Origin: Tricharina praecox
Taxonomy: Eukaryota
Length of the DNA stretch: 64,000 nt
Reading direction: 5' to 3'
NCBI RefSeq assembly: GCF_024521635.1
Contig: NW_026250418.1
Span: 310,001-374,000 of the forward strand
A model generated the notes under the pieces. That model ran no database searches. It was not told the origin of the DNA and worked only from the letters and a program-made list of their open reading frames with translations. Shown in pieces: positions 43,787 through 55,800 of the stretch. How positions within the stretch are numbered: the first letter of the stretch is position 1; each line of letters starts with the position of its first letter. The position numbers and the translations under genes are program-made.

Positions 43787-44502
43787 ATGCCCAAAATAAA
43801 GTCATCGTTAACGGTTAAGGCGCTTCCAAGTTCCATCTCGATGCCCGCCGGGTCTGCCGGTACATACGAATACGCATGACAGCTCGGCTTGGTACGCTAA
43901 CTGAATCAGGAGCTCGATGGTGTCGTCGCTTTGCTTGCCATTCACTCTGGCCCACCCCCATCTTCACTCCTTCTCGGCATCACAGACCACAATCAATCGA
44001 TACACGGTCTCTCTCTCGTGAGACCAATCGGAAGAAGAAATACCACGCTGTGAGCAGAAGACAAAATCACTTACGAATGATATGACAAAGAGATGCACAT
44101 GTCATCCTGCAGAACCTATATAAATCGAACCGCCAGACAAGATGAGTTAATCGGTAAGCCTCGATTATTCCTCTTGAATGTACTAACAATCGTTCCAGCG
44201 GGCCGGGCCGACAAGATTGCCGCAACTACTATAATTACCCATTCTCTCTCACTCTGAATGAGTTCTTACGACTTCCCAACTTCACAACTTGCCGAATCCC
44301 CCCAACTCCGACAAATTTTCCTGTGGCTGCAGCAAAAGGACGTGGAGCAGTCCTTGGGATATGCCACCTCGACCTCGATTCCGAGTCTGTGTTCGTTGGG
44401 ACTTGAACGGATTGGTTCACACTCTTGGGTCTTGGCTCGAGTAGGTACCTATGGGTTGAAGAGAAGATCGAATCCGAGAGCGAAAAAGCGAGTGCAGTGT
44501 AA
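43787..44502 (+). pseudogene. Possible intron-containing pseudogene or spliced non-coding transcript
   Basis: Two well-formed intron signatures (43860-43909 GTACAT..GCTAAC..CAG; 44154-44198 GTAAGC..TACTAAC..CAG), but I could not splice an intact ORF. Confidence 0.35.
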
Positions 44503-45618
44503 GCTCCGTGCTTTGTATTCTCGCAGCCACATTCATCGAGGTGGAGCTGCAATACAGTGGTATGTATGGGCGGTGGCCGTTGCCATTACCTCGGTTTGTG
44601 TGAGGTGTGGCGCTGGCTCCGGGTCTCTCGAAGACTCCATTCTGGGCGGGATTGCATGTCCCATCACTCGCTTTTAGTAGTTATCCGCTCCTGGGCCTAT
44701 CCATGACCATGACCACCATCGTCCTCCCATCTCCGATCTCTCATCTCGACATGCAATGCAATCAATGATAATGATTAAACACCAACAAAAAAATCCCCAC
44801 CGACCATCTCCGCCCAGGTCCCCTCCCCCTTCACAACCCAAGGGAAGACCGCGTATCCAAGTCTGTTCCAAGAACCCCCAAACCAAATCAAAAAACCAAG
44901 TTATACAGAGCACCATAGGTCCACAGCGCTGAGCGGGGTTCCTGCATTTATAATCGCCCTTAAGTTTTAACACCCTTAACAAAGTTTTAACATCCATAGG
45001 TGGCAGTTAGCACTCTAGTCCATTCTATAATAGATTACGGGGATGCCTGCTCGCATGGGCATCTCTGCTCAATTATTGGTAAGTATGTAGAGTACGGTAC
45101 TGTACTCTACATATCCATGTTTTTTTTTCCCTTTCAAGTTTCTGCTCTCGCCGCCGCGGAAGTCCTCTAATTTCTTCTCACATACGAACGAGAAGCGCTC
45201 TAAGAAGCGCTCCGAGAAATCCCACATGGTAACTACCCAGGTGATGGGAAATCGGGATTACGTAGAGGGGAGAGCGCGTGTAGAAGTAGGATCCGTAGGT
45301 TTATAGAAATATCTATCCAATAAGTTTTTAAGTAGGTATGATTGAATGGGTACGGAAAGGTACTACCTATGATATAAGGACGGCCGCACCCAGGTAGATA
45401 TTAGGTATTCACGGAACCACCAGGGACGGAGACGGGGGGCGGGATGGGGGGTCTGGCGTCCACGCTACCTATGATTTACTATGATTTACCGTCCGGCGCC
45501 GACGCCTCCGTCAACGTGGACAACGTGCTCCTCTCGACGTATAGTACGCGTGGCTATGTACCAAACCCGGCGTCGGCATCACTCTATACCTACATACGGG
45601 GCTCGTGGAGACTACGAC

Positions 45619-45655
45619 GGACTCGTGGAAGGACTCGTGGAAGGACTCGTGGAAG
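45619..45655. repeat. 12-bp tandem repeat (GGACTCGTGGAA) x3
   Basis: Directly visible. Confidence 0.9.
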
Positions 45656-46322
45656 TCTAGAAGCCTGGAAGCCTGGAAGGAAGGAAGGAAATATGTCCTA
45701 GAAGTCGGAGGATGTCTCAGCTGTAAGGAAGCAATCGATCGCAACTGCAAGCCTACTTACCTACCTTCCTAGGTAAGTACCTTGGTAGATGGAGGGATAC
45801 CCAGAGAACCTATGTCTGCAACGTGCTTCCGCGGCGCACTCGTCCTGCACTCTCCACCTTCACCACCACCATGACCGTGAAGCGGCACGGATCACTGCAA
45901 CCCCAGGGACTGCAAAGTCTGCAAGTCTGCAGGGCCTACACTCTGCATTCATTTTTTCCGCACTGTGCGTGGCGAAAGGGGTGGCTTGTCCACGGCAGAA
46001 ACCAAAACCAACACCACGGGAGCACGCATAAACCGGTAGGTACTAGTATCTACCAGTTCCCCTCCGTCGCTCATGGCAATGCCCGGTTTGAGTCAACAGT
46101 TACTAGGTTGGGTAACTTAGTTACCGGCTTGTGCCGTGTATATACGGTATCCCACCGTCCCACGTAAAAGCTCCGAGGCATTGTTCCCGTACATTATTCC
46201 CGTACATACTTTACCATACCCCGGCAGTAGTTATTCCATCCCAGCACGGCGAGATCATGATTCATCACTATAGTATAGCAGGATTGAGCGCCATGTAGAT
46301 AGCTAAATATATGGTAGGTAAG

Positions 46323-48984
46323 TTACAACTCCTCCTCCCGCTGATACCTCCAGTTCCGCCGGGTACTCTCCAGCTCCACCGCCCACCAGGACTTCCCGCC
46401 GATGCCGACAGCTGCCGCGAATGCTTCTTCCACGCGCGCGGACTCGAGCTGGCTTTCGGGCAGTTCTTGGTCGTCGTCTGTGGCCAGCATTGAAGGGTTG
46501 TTGAGGTAGAATATCTCCTCATCGACGACCTGCGGCTTCGGTTTCCGCCATTTACTGCTGGCCGGAGTGCGGAGGTCTTCGGCGATCAACTGCGCATCCG
46601 CCTCCGAGTCGGGTTGACACTTGGGAGGAGCCATGATCCTGGAAGGAGTGCGCGGAATAGTCGGCGCTGTCGGACGCTCGGACTTCGCAGTCTTCGCGGG
46701 CGGCGACGGCGTAACAAAAACCGGCGTCCTCCGCTTCCTCTCCAGCCACTCGCGATGCTCGGCTTCATCCCTCGCCGCCTCCGCCTTCACCAGTGCATCC
46801 AGCGCCATCAGCTGCTGCGTTGCCTCCCCCGCCTCCCCCGCCGCCGCCAGCATCTTCACTTGACTCTCCGCCTCCATATCGCGGAGCCGCTGCTGCCACG
46901 CCGTTTGCTCAGCGGTTCTCTCGCGGTAGATTCGCATCATCTCCCGATCATGGCGGAATTCGGATCCCGAGCACAGCTTGCCGAATAGGTGCTGTACGGA
47001 GTCGCGGGGCGTCCAGGTAGCCTCGTCGATGACGCACTGGTGCACATCCTTCGGCCGAAACGCGGCCACGAAGCTCCGCAGCTCTGTTAGGGACGAGTGC
47101 CGCGCATACGGAAACTGCACCCACGCCGGCAGCATCTCGCCGTTATCTGCAGCGATATACTCCGTGCCGGGCCAGTTCCGCGGTTGCGGCTGCCACTGCG
47201 AGTTGTTGTTGTGGTTGTGTTGTGACTGTTGCTCCACGGCTGCGGCGGAGAGCATGCATAGTAGCCCGTCTTTGGTGAACGCCGCTTCGCCGTGCGAGTC
47301 GTCGAACCGCAGCGGGACAGCTTCCTTCCGGCTTCTGCTGGCGGACAGGAGCATGCTCCTGATCTCTGGTGATGCCGAATCGCCGAGCATGTCCAGCAGT
47401 AGCTGGAATTGTCCAAGGATGGAGAAATCTGCGTCGTTGCTCAAGTCCCCCCATTCCACGCCCTCCTCCTGGTACACCACGCCGTCGTTCATGGCGACGG
47501 CGGGCGTGATGTACACGACCATCTTGTCCTTGAGTCCTGGGCACTCCAGGCCGCGCTCGCACGAGTGGATCCGCACAGCGGGATTCGTGGTGAGGATTCC
47601 GGCCTGCTCGGAGTTTCCCAGCGTGAACCCGGCAAGATACGAACCGTGCGCCCACTGGACGGACTTGAAGAGCTTGTAGTGGTATGGGCTCAAGTGGATC
47701 TGTGATTTGAAGTAGGAGGCGAGGGTTACCCACACTTCTTCGTAGCCGAAGGTCCACGTGTTTAGATGGAAGATGGTGTCCGTGGGATATCGGTCTAGTT
47801 GGCGTAGGAGATCCGCGACTCCCTCGCGCTGGACTGGGCGTCAGATCTGTTCTTACGACAAGTTCTTCGGGATGTATATGCGTACCTTCGAGCTGAATTT
47901 GTCAAGCCCCTTGGCCGCACAGCTCGTGTCCAGATAGATCATATCCAGCCTCTTGACGCCCGTGGAGTACGGCAACAAGACGGGATGCCGGGCGATGTAC
48001 TCAACCCACCAGGCCTCAGCTGTCACTGATTAAACCATCGACCCATCCACAAACCGGCTGGTGAGAACATACCTCTGATATCCCCGGTATAAAGTATCGC
48101 CTTCCCATCCCCTTCAAACAGGAATATGACGGCGCCAACACAATGATTCGCCTTCCTTCATCAGCCTCGCTGCCAGCCCGCCACCGCCCCGGTTAAAGCA
48201 GTCAACTCACATCGATCAACGTGACCCTGACCGTCCTCCCCGGCCCAACCTCGACTTCCGTCGGTGTATCTAGCGGAATCGTTTTCTACACCGTCTATAT
48301 CAACCACCACTACCACCACTATCACCCCTCTCTCCGCCCTCCCCTCCCCTCCCCACTCACCAGCAACCGCGTCTTCTCCCTGTAGTGGCAATGGCTCGTC
48401 TCGATGACCCCGCGCTGGAGGTTAAGCCGGTGAGTTTTTCTCTGGAGGCGGATCAAGAGCTAGGTAGGTACCCCCATCACATCAACCTCTCATTCCCATT
48501 CCGCGCAAGCTAGGCTAGGAAAGGATTGTGCACCTCTTTCGTCGCAACAGAGCAGTAAATGAACGGCGCGTTATAAGCGCCCTCAAGGCCCTGGACATGA
48601 TCACTTCGCCGCCCACACCTTGGATCAGTCCCCGCGCCCCCCCCCCCCTCTCAAAAGTACAGGAGGAGTGGTGACGAACGAGTGTATATGGCTCAGAAAG
48701 CAAGCCAGCGGCGGTTTATCAGCCGGGCTGGAGCTGGGGCGGAAATAATCAACTGCCCTCCCCCCCGCCGCAAGAATCCATCAGCATCAGCTCCGTATCT
48801 TCCGCTCTGCGGCGCAGATTTTGGACCGCAGTGGTCACTGAACACTGGAGAGAGTATGTACATACCGCGGATATCGGGAAACTCTATACGTCACTCGCAT
48901 GGAACGTTAGCTTCTGCGATGCCCTGGAACTTGGAACTTGGTGCGACGGTACACACCAGCGAGTACGCCCTTGAATGTCGACAT
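46323..48984 (-). CDS. Artemis/SNM1(PSO2)-family beta-CASP metallo-beta-lactamase DNA-repair nuclease, 9 exons
   Basis: Manual splicing gives MSTFKGVLA|EFPDIR|VDYFRP...LACFLSHIH|SDHVQGLEG..FIYCSVATKE|LLIRL...|KTIPLDTPTEVEV...VTLID|ANHCVGAVIFLFEGDGKAILYTGDIR|AEAWW...IYLDTS..K|REG...TFGYEEVW...FPYARHSSLTEL. HxHxDH, ANHC, TGDIR and HSS motifs are all present. Confidence 0.92.
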
Positions 48985-49197
48985 GGCTGGATATGCCCAG
49001 CGGGATCTGGTGAACGAGGGACGCGATGTTGGAGTTTATGAGTTTATGATGGACGAGGAACCGGGGGGAGAGAGCGGGTTAAATCGCAAGTATCAAGGCC
49101 GAAGTGGCTGGGCGTATCTCGATCAGCCCTCGAATCAATGAAGAACAGCCGTTTCGGTTTTGGACGTGTGGAAGTATGTACCGCGAGTGTATATTCT

Positions 49198-49307
49198 ACG
49201 CGTTAGTGGGGTTCTATATAGCATAGGTAGCTGAAGCTTCCCGTGCGCGGTCAAGACCGATCACGGATTCTACATACAAAATTACAGAGTACTCTACACA
49301 AACGCGT
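49198..49307. promoter_or_regulatory. Two MCB-type ACGCGT elements upstream of the Artemis-like gene
   Basis: ACGCGT at 49198-49203 and 49302-49307, 214 and 318 bp upstream of the ATG at 48984. Confidence 0.5.
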
Positions 49308-50104
49308 GCCTGCATATCCCAGGCCCGCACGGCGCAAGGAAGGATCGCATACATAGTGGACGGCAAACAAGCTGCAGCTGCAGCGATAGTTCTGTCGCTA
49401 AGGAATTTCGTTTGGATGCGGCTGCAGGACTGAGGATGGTCGTCGATCGGGTGCCGGTGACTAAGCGATGCTGTGCTACTCTACATACATGGTGGAGGTG
49501 AGGCCGGCGGCGAACTACGACCTACATACCGTAGTGGAGTGGTTACTCCCGTGGTGCACGGAATCTGCAGAACCTCTTTAACGTCATGGGCAGACCGAGT
49601 AGGAGAGATAGATTTGGAAGTCTCAAGGTTCATCGCTTCGAAGATCATCACGGAGGGACTGAACTCTGGTAGTATTGCGGACGGTGGTAAGGAGCTAGGT
49701 ACTGGTGGAGGTTGTGGAAAACCTAGAGCGCAGTGGTAGCAGGGAGAATAGGATCTTAGCAAAGCCCATTCAGAAGCTCTTGTAATGTTGCGAGATGATT
49801 CGTTACCTACCGAGTGAATCGTAGAGCTCCATCTACATGCTCGTTGTTCTTGTTCCTGAAACCCACTCGTCATGCATCAGCCACTTCAAGGTCCCCCACG
49901 CCCTCACGTGGACGCCAACCAACAACCGAGCTCCCAGCGACAAGCTGTCGCCACCCACGGGCCACCCATCCATCCCAGTTCCCGTTCCCACCGGCCATCT
50001 CCCACCTTCCCCAACACCCCCCGCCTGCCTGCCTGCCTGCCAACCTCCACATCCACACATCTACACAACGAAAGGACAGGAAAGGACAGGAAAATAAAGA
50101 AGCC

Positions 50105-50550
50105 ATGTCCGAAGCCTACGAACGAGAACGGTTCCTCCCCCTTCCCCTCCCTTTGGCCCCTTTTACCGTCCGCAGCAGCTGACACGCAAGACAGACAAAA
50201 CAACGCGCTCCTCGACGATCTCGCCTCGAAGGTGACCGCACTGCGCGGGGGTAACGGTAGACATCTACGACCAAGCACGGGACCACACCGTTCTCGACCA
50301 CAGTGTTCGTCCACCCCCACCACCGCTCCATCCCTTTCGCGCCGCTCCGCTCCGTTGCTGACCATAGTTGGTTCGTTGGGGGGAACAGAATGAGGTGTTT
50401 TCGTCCTTCAACACGTCGCTGAAGAACTCGGTGGGGCGCGTGCGGTTGATGGCGCAGAGCGGCGGGAAGATGTCGACCATCCGCATGGCCGCGATGATGG
50501 TCGGTGCCGTGGTGGTGCTGTACTTGGTTTGGGGGTGGTTGTTTGGCTAG
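50105..50550 (+). CDS. Bet1/Sft1-like Golgi Qc-SNARE (3 exons) with an apparent +1 frameshift in a G5 run at 50247-50251
   Basis: MSEAYERER|QNNALLDDLASKVTALRG{shift}VTVDIYDQARDHTVLDHS|NEVFSSFNTSLKNSVGRVRLMAQSGG...MMVGAVVVLYLVWGWLFG. Introns 50131-50194 and 50305-50388; C-terminal transmembrane anchor. Confidence 0.85.
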
Positions 50551-50870
50551 GCTAGGCTACTATAGGCGGAGTGTACTCAACGAGCGAGCGAGGGCGTTAC
50601 GGGGTCTGATTCTGGTTTGGTGCTTGATGTGTGGCTATTTATGTTCGGGTTGTACTTGCGATGGCGATGGCTTTTTAGAGCTGTGTTTTGTTTTACTTGC
50701 GTTTAGCCCCACGCGGTCTGCAATTTTGCAGGCGGAGGAAGGATTGTATCAACACATGCGCGCGAATACAAGAATAAGAATAAGAATATAGGGATATCCA
50801 TTATTAGGCATAGCGAACCCTCCGCCTTTCTCCCCTACCACCATCTCGTCCTGCGCCTCCACTTACCGTT

Positions 50871-52001
50871 CTACGATTGTTCATGCGTAGGAAACAGGCC
50901 GACCTGCTGTCCAAGCCTGTAGCTCCCAATCTTGTCCCAATCGATCTTCTGCCTGGTAATGGGGAGTTGCCTCCTCAGACTCTTGAACGCACCCTCACTA
51001 AGGAGTCCAAACGCATCATTCAGCTTCTCCTGGTACTCCTTTTCCTTTTTCGCGATGGCCTTCACCACGTCTGTGGCGCTGCCGCCGGGAACCTCGACGT
51101 CGACCGCATGAGTGGTAAGCAATCGCACATTGCCGTCTTCGTAGTAGTGGACGTCTACTTTCAGCTCGCCAGTGAGAGTGTTCGTGGACGGGTCGAAGTT
51201 GTAGATGCTCCGCCAGCGGCCGTTCCAGTAGTTCGCGGGGCTGTATTTGTTGCCGGTTATTACGAGTGCGACGGTCGTGTCATCGTTGGAGGGGTATGCG
51301 CCGTAGGCGGGGAGGGAAGGGTAGTGCTCGGAAACGTGAGGCGCCAGGGATTTGAGGAGTGACTTGCTGTGAAAAGTCAGCCTTCTACCCGCTCCTCCTC
51401 CTCCACAGTGATTAACGCACATCAAGTCGGCATTCTTCGACTCAAGCACATAGCTCTGCACACTCGACGCTTTCTGTTTCCCACACAATTAGCCTGCCTC
51501 GCCCATCACCACCCCATCTCCCACCCCCTTCCCTCAGAGGTACCTACCTGCGTAATATGGTCAAAAGCCCAAGAGCTATTGGCCTCGGTATCATAGAACC
51601 TTCCATCCCCGAGATCATTATACTCTGACACAATGACCTACGCGGATTCATCATCAGCATCACCCACTTCATCCATCCCCTCCCCCAGTGGACAAACCAA
51701 TTTCCCCCCGGCCCCCGGTAGCTTCGTGCTGATGAGCTGCTCCTTATTGTACGTTTCCACGGCGGGCGCAAGGTTGGCGGTGATGCTCGCGTCGCCGCCG
51801 ATGAGTGATTTGACGTCGCTGATTACGTCTTGGAGCTATCTGCACATCAACACAAGTTCCATCTCCTCGTCCTCCTCCTCCCTCCTCCCCCACCACTTCC
51901 TCCCTCTCCCCTCCTCTCATCCGAACATTGGAGGAAATTACCTCGCCAGGTGGAGCATCGAGTATGAAGCTGGACACAGTCTTGATTGCGTCGGTAGACA
52001 T
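50871..52001 (-). CDS. CAP1: F-actin capping protein subunit alpha, 5 exons
   Basis: SSFILDAPPGE|LQDVISDVKSLI...YNKEQL...NKYSPANYWNGRWRSIY...VDVHYYEDGNVRL...FKSLRRQLPITRQKIDWDKI; four GT-AG introns. Confidence 0.95.
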
Positions 52002-52844
52002 TATGCAGGTGTCTGGTTGAACGGAGGATGGATATGTTGATGTTCGGGGGTCCGGCGTGGATGTTGGGGAGGTGCGAGGAGGGGCTAATATGAGAGTTCA
52101 CGGTGGCAGGTGGGCGGCGTGGCTAGCTAGCTCTGGCTGCGAGAGATTATCTGATAAGATCAAAACATGCAAGTCGAGCTCGAGTGATGTGTTGAGTAAT
52201 GCCACTTGTGCTCGGATAGGGTCATCGATATCGGAACGGCTAGGGTTATCTAAGGCTGTGGGAATGGGTTGTGGCAAAGTCGATAGGAACGCCTTTGGGT
52301 ATGTTTTGCCGTGAGGAGTTGCAATTGAAGCTGATCCAAGACCGGATCTAGGCCTAAAACTTTCCGAATTTCGACTACCCTATGCGAATACTCTGAGTCC
52401 CAAGTCTTCATTTTCTGCAGAGGATGTTGAGGGGATCACCCTGCTTGGTATTACTGAAGGAGATATCCAATGGCCTCATACCGTATCTACTCGTTCATAA
52501 GATAAAACCACTAGGCGTTCTGAATGAGCTTGCCGAGTGGAAACGGGTGGCACGAGCGCGGTCACAGAGGGCTGTATGGTGCTTTGTACAAGAGATCGTG
52601 CTCAAATGGCGACGAAAGTTAATGGACTTCCGTTGCCACTCGGCAAGCTCATTCAGAATGTTGAGCGGTTGTGTCTTATGAACGAGTAGATACGGTAGAT
52701 GATAGCAGTACAGTATTCTCTATTTCAAGCCTAAAATTGGCCATGATTTACTCTAAAGACTTGCATCATTATGTATCCCAAAAGCATTCCATCTCTAGAC
52801 CCCAGCGTTTTTCTACCGAATCTACAACGATAAACAAAGTCCGT

Positions 52845-55800
52845 TCACACCGCTGTCGCTGCCGCAGTAGGCGGAGCATTTCTCCTCCCACCTCTCCTAC
52901 CCTGAACAGGGCGCGGACCTGGACCTGGCCCCGGACCAGGCCCAGAATTTCTACGCTGTGCCGGTGCCGGCGCAGGTATAGGCCCACTTCCACCCTCCGC
53001 ACCACCACTGGTATCGCCGCCTCCACTTCCTCCCGTTTTGCCGCCTCTCGCCTTCCCCTTCCCCCTCCCCCCACCGCCGCCGCCACTCCCTCTTCCACCT
53101 CTTCCGCCCCTCTTGCCTCCACGAGCCTTTCTCTCCTCCTCCCTCTTCTGTGCCTCCTCTTCCTCCTTGACACGCCTACTCTCTGCCTCCCACCACTGGA
53201 GAAACTCTTGCTCTTCCTGAATCTCCTGCAAATTTCGCTTCATTTGGTATTCCTTCAGTAACACCTTCTGGGCCTCTTCCTGATCGATGATGTCTTGTAT
53301 ACTGAGGGGAAGGAATTCTGAGGGTCGGGGGCGGTGTACTGGCGGGGAGACGGCTAGAGACGAGGCGGAAGGAACATTCCGCACAGCTGGAGATTTGGGT
53401 GTTAGGGAGGCCATTGCTGCTCGCTGCTGTATCGGAGCAACAGAGGGAGGTGTAGCTAAAGTCGACGAGGAGGAAGCAAGGACTTCCTTCAGTGAAACAC
53501 GAGGTGTCGACGCAGCAGGATTGATATTCCAAGGCGCCTTCTTATCCGGTGTCGAAGGTGGGGTAGACATCACCAACGAGCTTGTCATTTGCTGTTGCTG
53601 CTGTTGGCGCTTCCGTTCCTTCTGACTCAACTTCTGCGGTGTTTCAGACTTGGGAGAAGCAGTGGAAGAAGAAGAGGTAGCCATGAGTTGCGCTGTGAGT
53701 GCTGATCGCCCGGATGCTGTAGCGGCGGCTTGTGACATGATTTCCTTCAGGTCGAGTTTGTCGGATTTGACTGCTGAAGGTGCTTGCCATGGGTCAATGG
53801 ATGACCGACGCGGCGGCGGTGCCGGAAGCTCAAATGCGACCTCTTGAGGAAAGCTGCAGGGCGACTGTTGAGGTATCCCACCCCATGCAGGCGCCTTTCC
53901 TTTGGCGTTTCTCACAGTGGGGGCGTTTGTTTCAATGCCCGTAGATATCCTGATAGGCGAAGAAGCGCGAGGTATCTCGTCGTCATCCATCGAGAAGATA
54001 TCGTCATGGCCCTGCTGCGCCGGCTTAACCAACGGAGAACCACGGGCAACTGTAGCCTTCGGAGCCTTCCGCTTAGGCTGCTGGGGGGACGATGATGACG
54101 GTGAGGAGAACTTCAATGAGCTCGAAAGTGGCTGTTCCTCCGACATGGCAGTGTAGTGGGCAATTAACGCAGCTCGTTCCTTTTCGGAATCATCTTTCAT
54201 TGTTGGATACTTCTCAAGAAGCTGTTGTTCCTGCCTACCAGTTCGAGAACGAGGGGACAGACGCTTCTGATTCGCACGAACGGCTTCGTCAAGTTCGGCC
54301 ATGAGATCATCGTCTACCCCATCCAGTAGACTGTGCTTCGTTAGCAGTATTCACGGAAGTTAGCGACTTGAGTAACTTACTGGTTTTCAAGCATAGTCTC
54401 AAGGTTAGAGCAGATGTACTGCAAACACTGCTGCTTAAAGCCCTTCTCCGAGCACGGTGCACAGGCCGAGAGCAGTCCCGCCGCGTTGCGAGTATTGACA
54501 TACCGGCCAATCACCTTTTGACAAATCTGAGACAGCCTCTCGAGCATGAGCTCGTTGGCAGTAGCAAGTACGTCCAGCACGAAGTCGAGATACTGGTCAA
54601 TATCGGTGTCCTTCACGCCAACTCGAATACCGTCGAAGCCCTCGACATCCCAATCGTAGTAGAGCCACGAGACTACCATATCTATGATTTCCCTTGGAAC
54701 GTGCTTCATATCGACATGTATTGCTCCCTTTTCCATTTGGCGACCCAGAAGCCACCGTCCGCCGGCCCCTCCTCCATACAGGGCATCGAAGAAGGGACAC
54801 CGAACACGCATTAGAGTAGAATGTACCGAGATAGCTTCGCCGTCCGCAGCGTCGATTATCATATCCGCCGTCTCGAAGAACGCAGGATCTCCGTAAGCCA
54901 GCTTGAGATCATTATCCAGACAACGAGATGGGTAGTGCATTCTCCCCACCGCATCATGGAGTGCTGCCAACCCGAGAGCAACAGCGACTTCTGACAGCTC
55001 GGTCCTCAAAGACTTGAAAAACTCCCGTTCCGGCTTGGTTGTCCCGCGGCGATGCCAAAGATCAATGACCGTATCGACATAGAGATAATAGACTAGATTT
55101 AGAACGGTTAAAAGCTCGACATCGTGGAATACGAGCTTTAATTTCTCTGCGGACGGCACTATCTCGCACACACCGGGCACACTGCCAGAGCGTTCAGAAA
55201 CCAGCTTGCGCAGAACGGGAGACCTCGACAAAATAAAGCTGTGGACTGGAATACAGACGGCTTCGCTCTTGCTGTTAGAAACAGTCATGTCCCACTGATC
55301 CAAGCCTTCGTGAAGTTCGAGGTCGGCAAGATGTGACTGAAGTTCTTCCTCCACTGTTTGCTTCGTGAACCAAGCAACGGCTTTTGAATATCCTTCAGGT
55401 CTCGGTTTGGGACCGTATCCCCACTCTTCGTCACCTTCGTCGTTCAGTCGTATATCTTCGGCGTCCTCGTCCAGTGCGAACAAACCGCCAAAGGATAGCA
55501 TCTGGCTGACCTCATCCCAGAGTCCGGATGGCTCCACTGAGAGCCGAGTCCGCATCAAATCGGAATCCTTCCGGATAGCGGCGAATGAACCAGTCGTATT
55601 GCTCCTTACCGACGTGATGCGAGTCAATCCCGGAACACGATCAAACTTGTATCGTCCAGCCTCTCCACCGCTCTCCTTGATTTTGGCCCGTTTAACTCGA
55701 CTCCAGACGCTACCAGATTGAGTGCAAATTATTATGTTGCCATCAGCTCCAATGTCGACATCCCGCACGGCCATGCGCTTCTTCCTCAAGCTCCAAGCCC

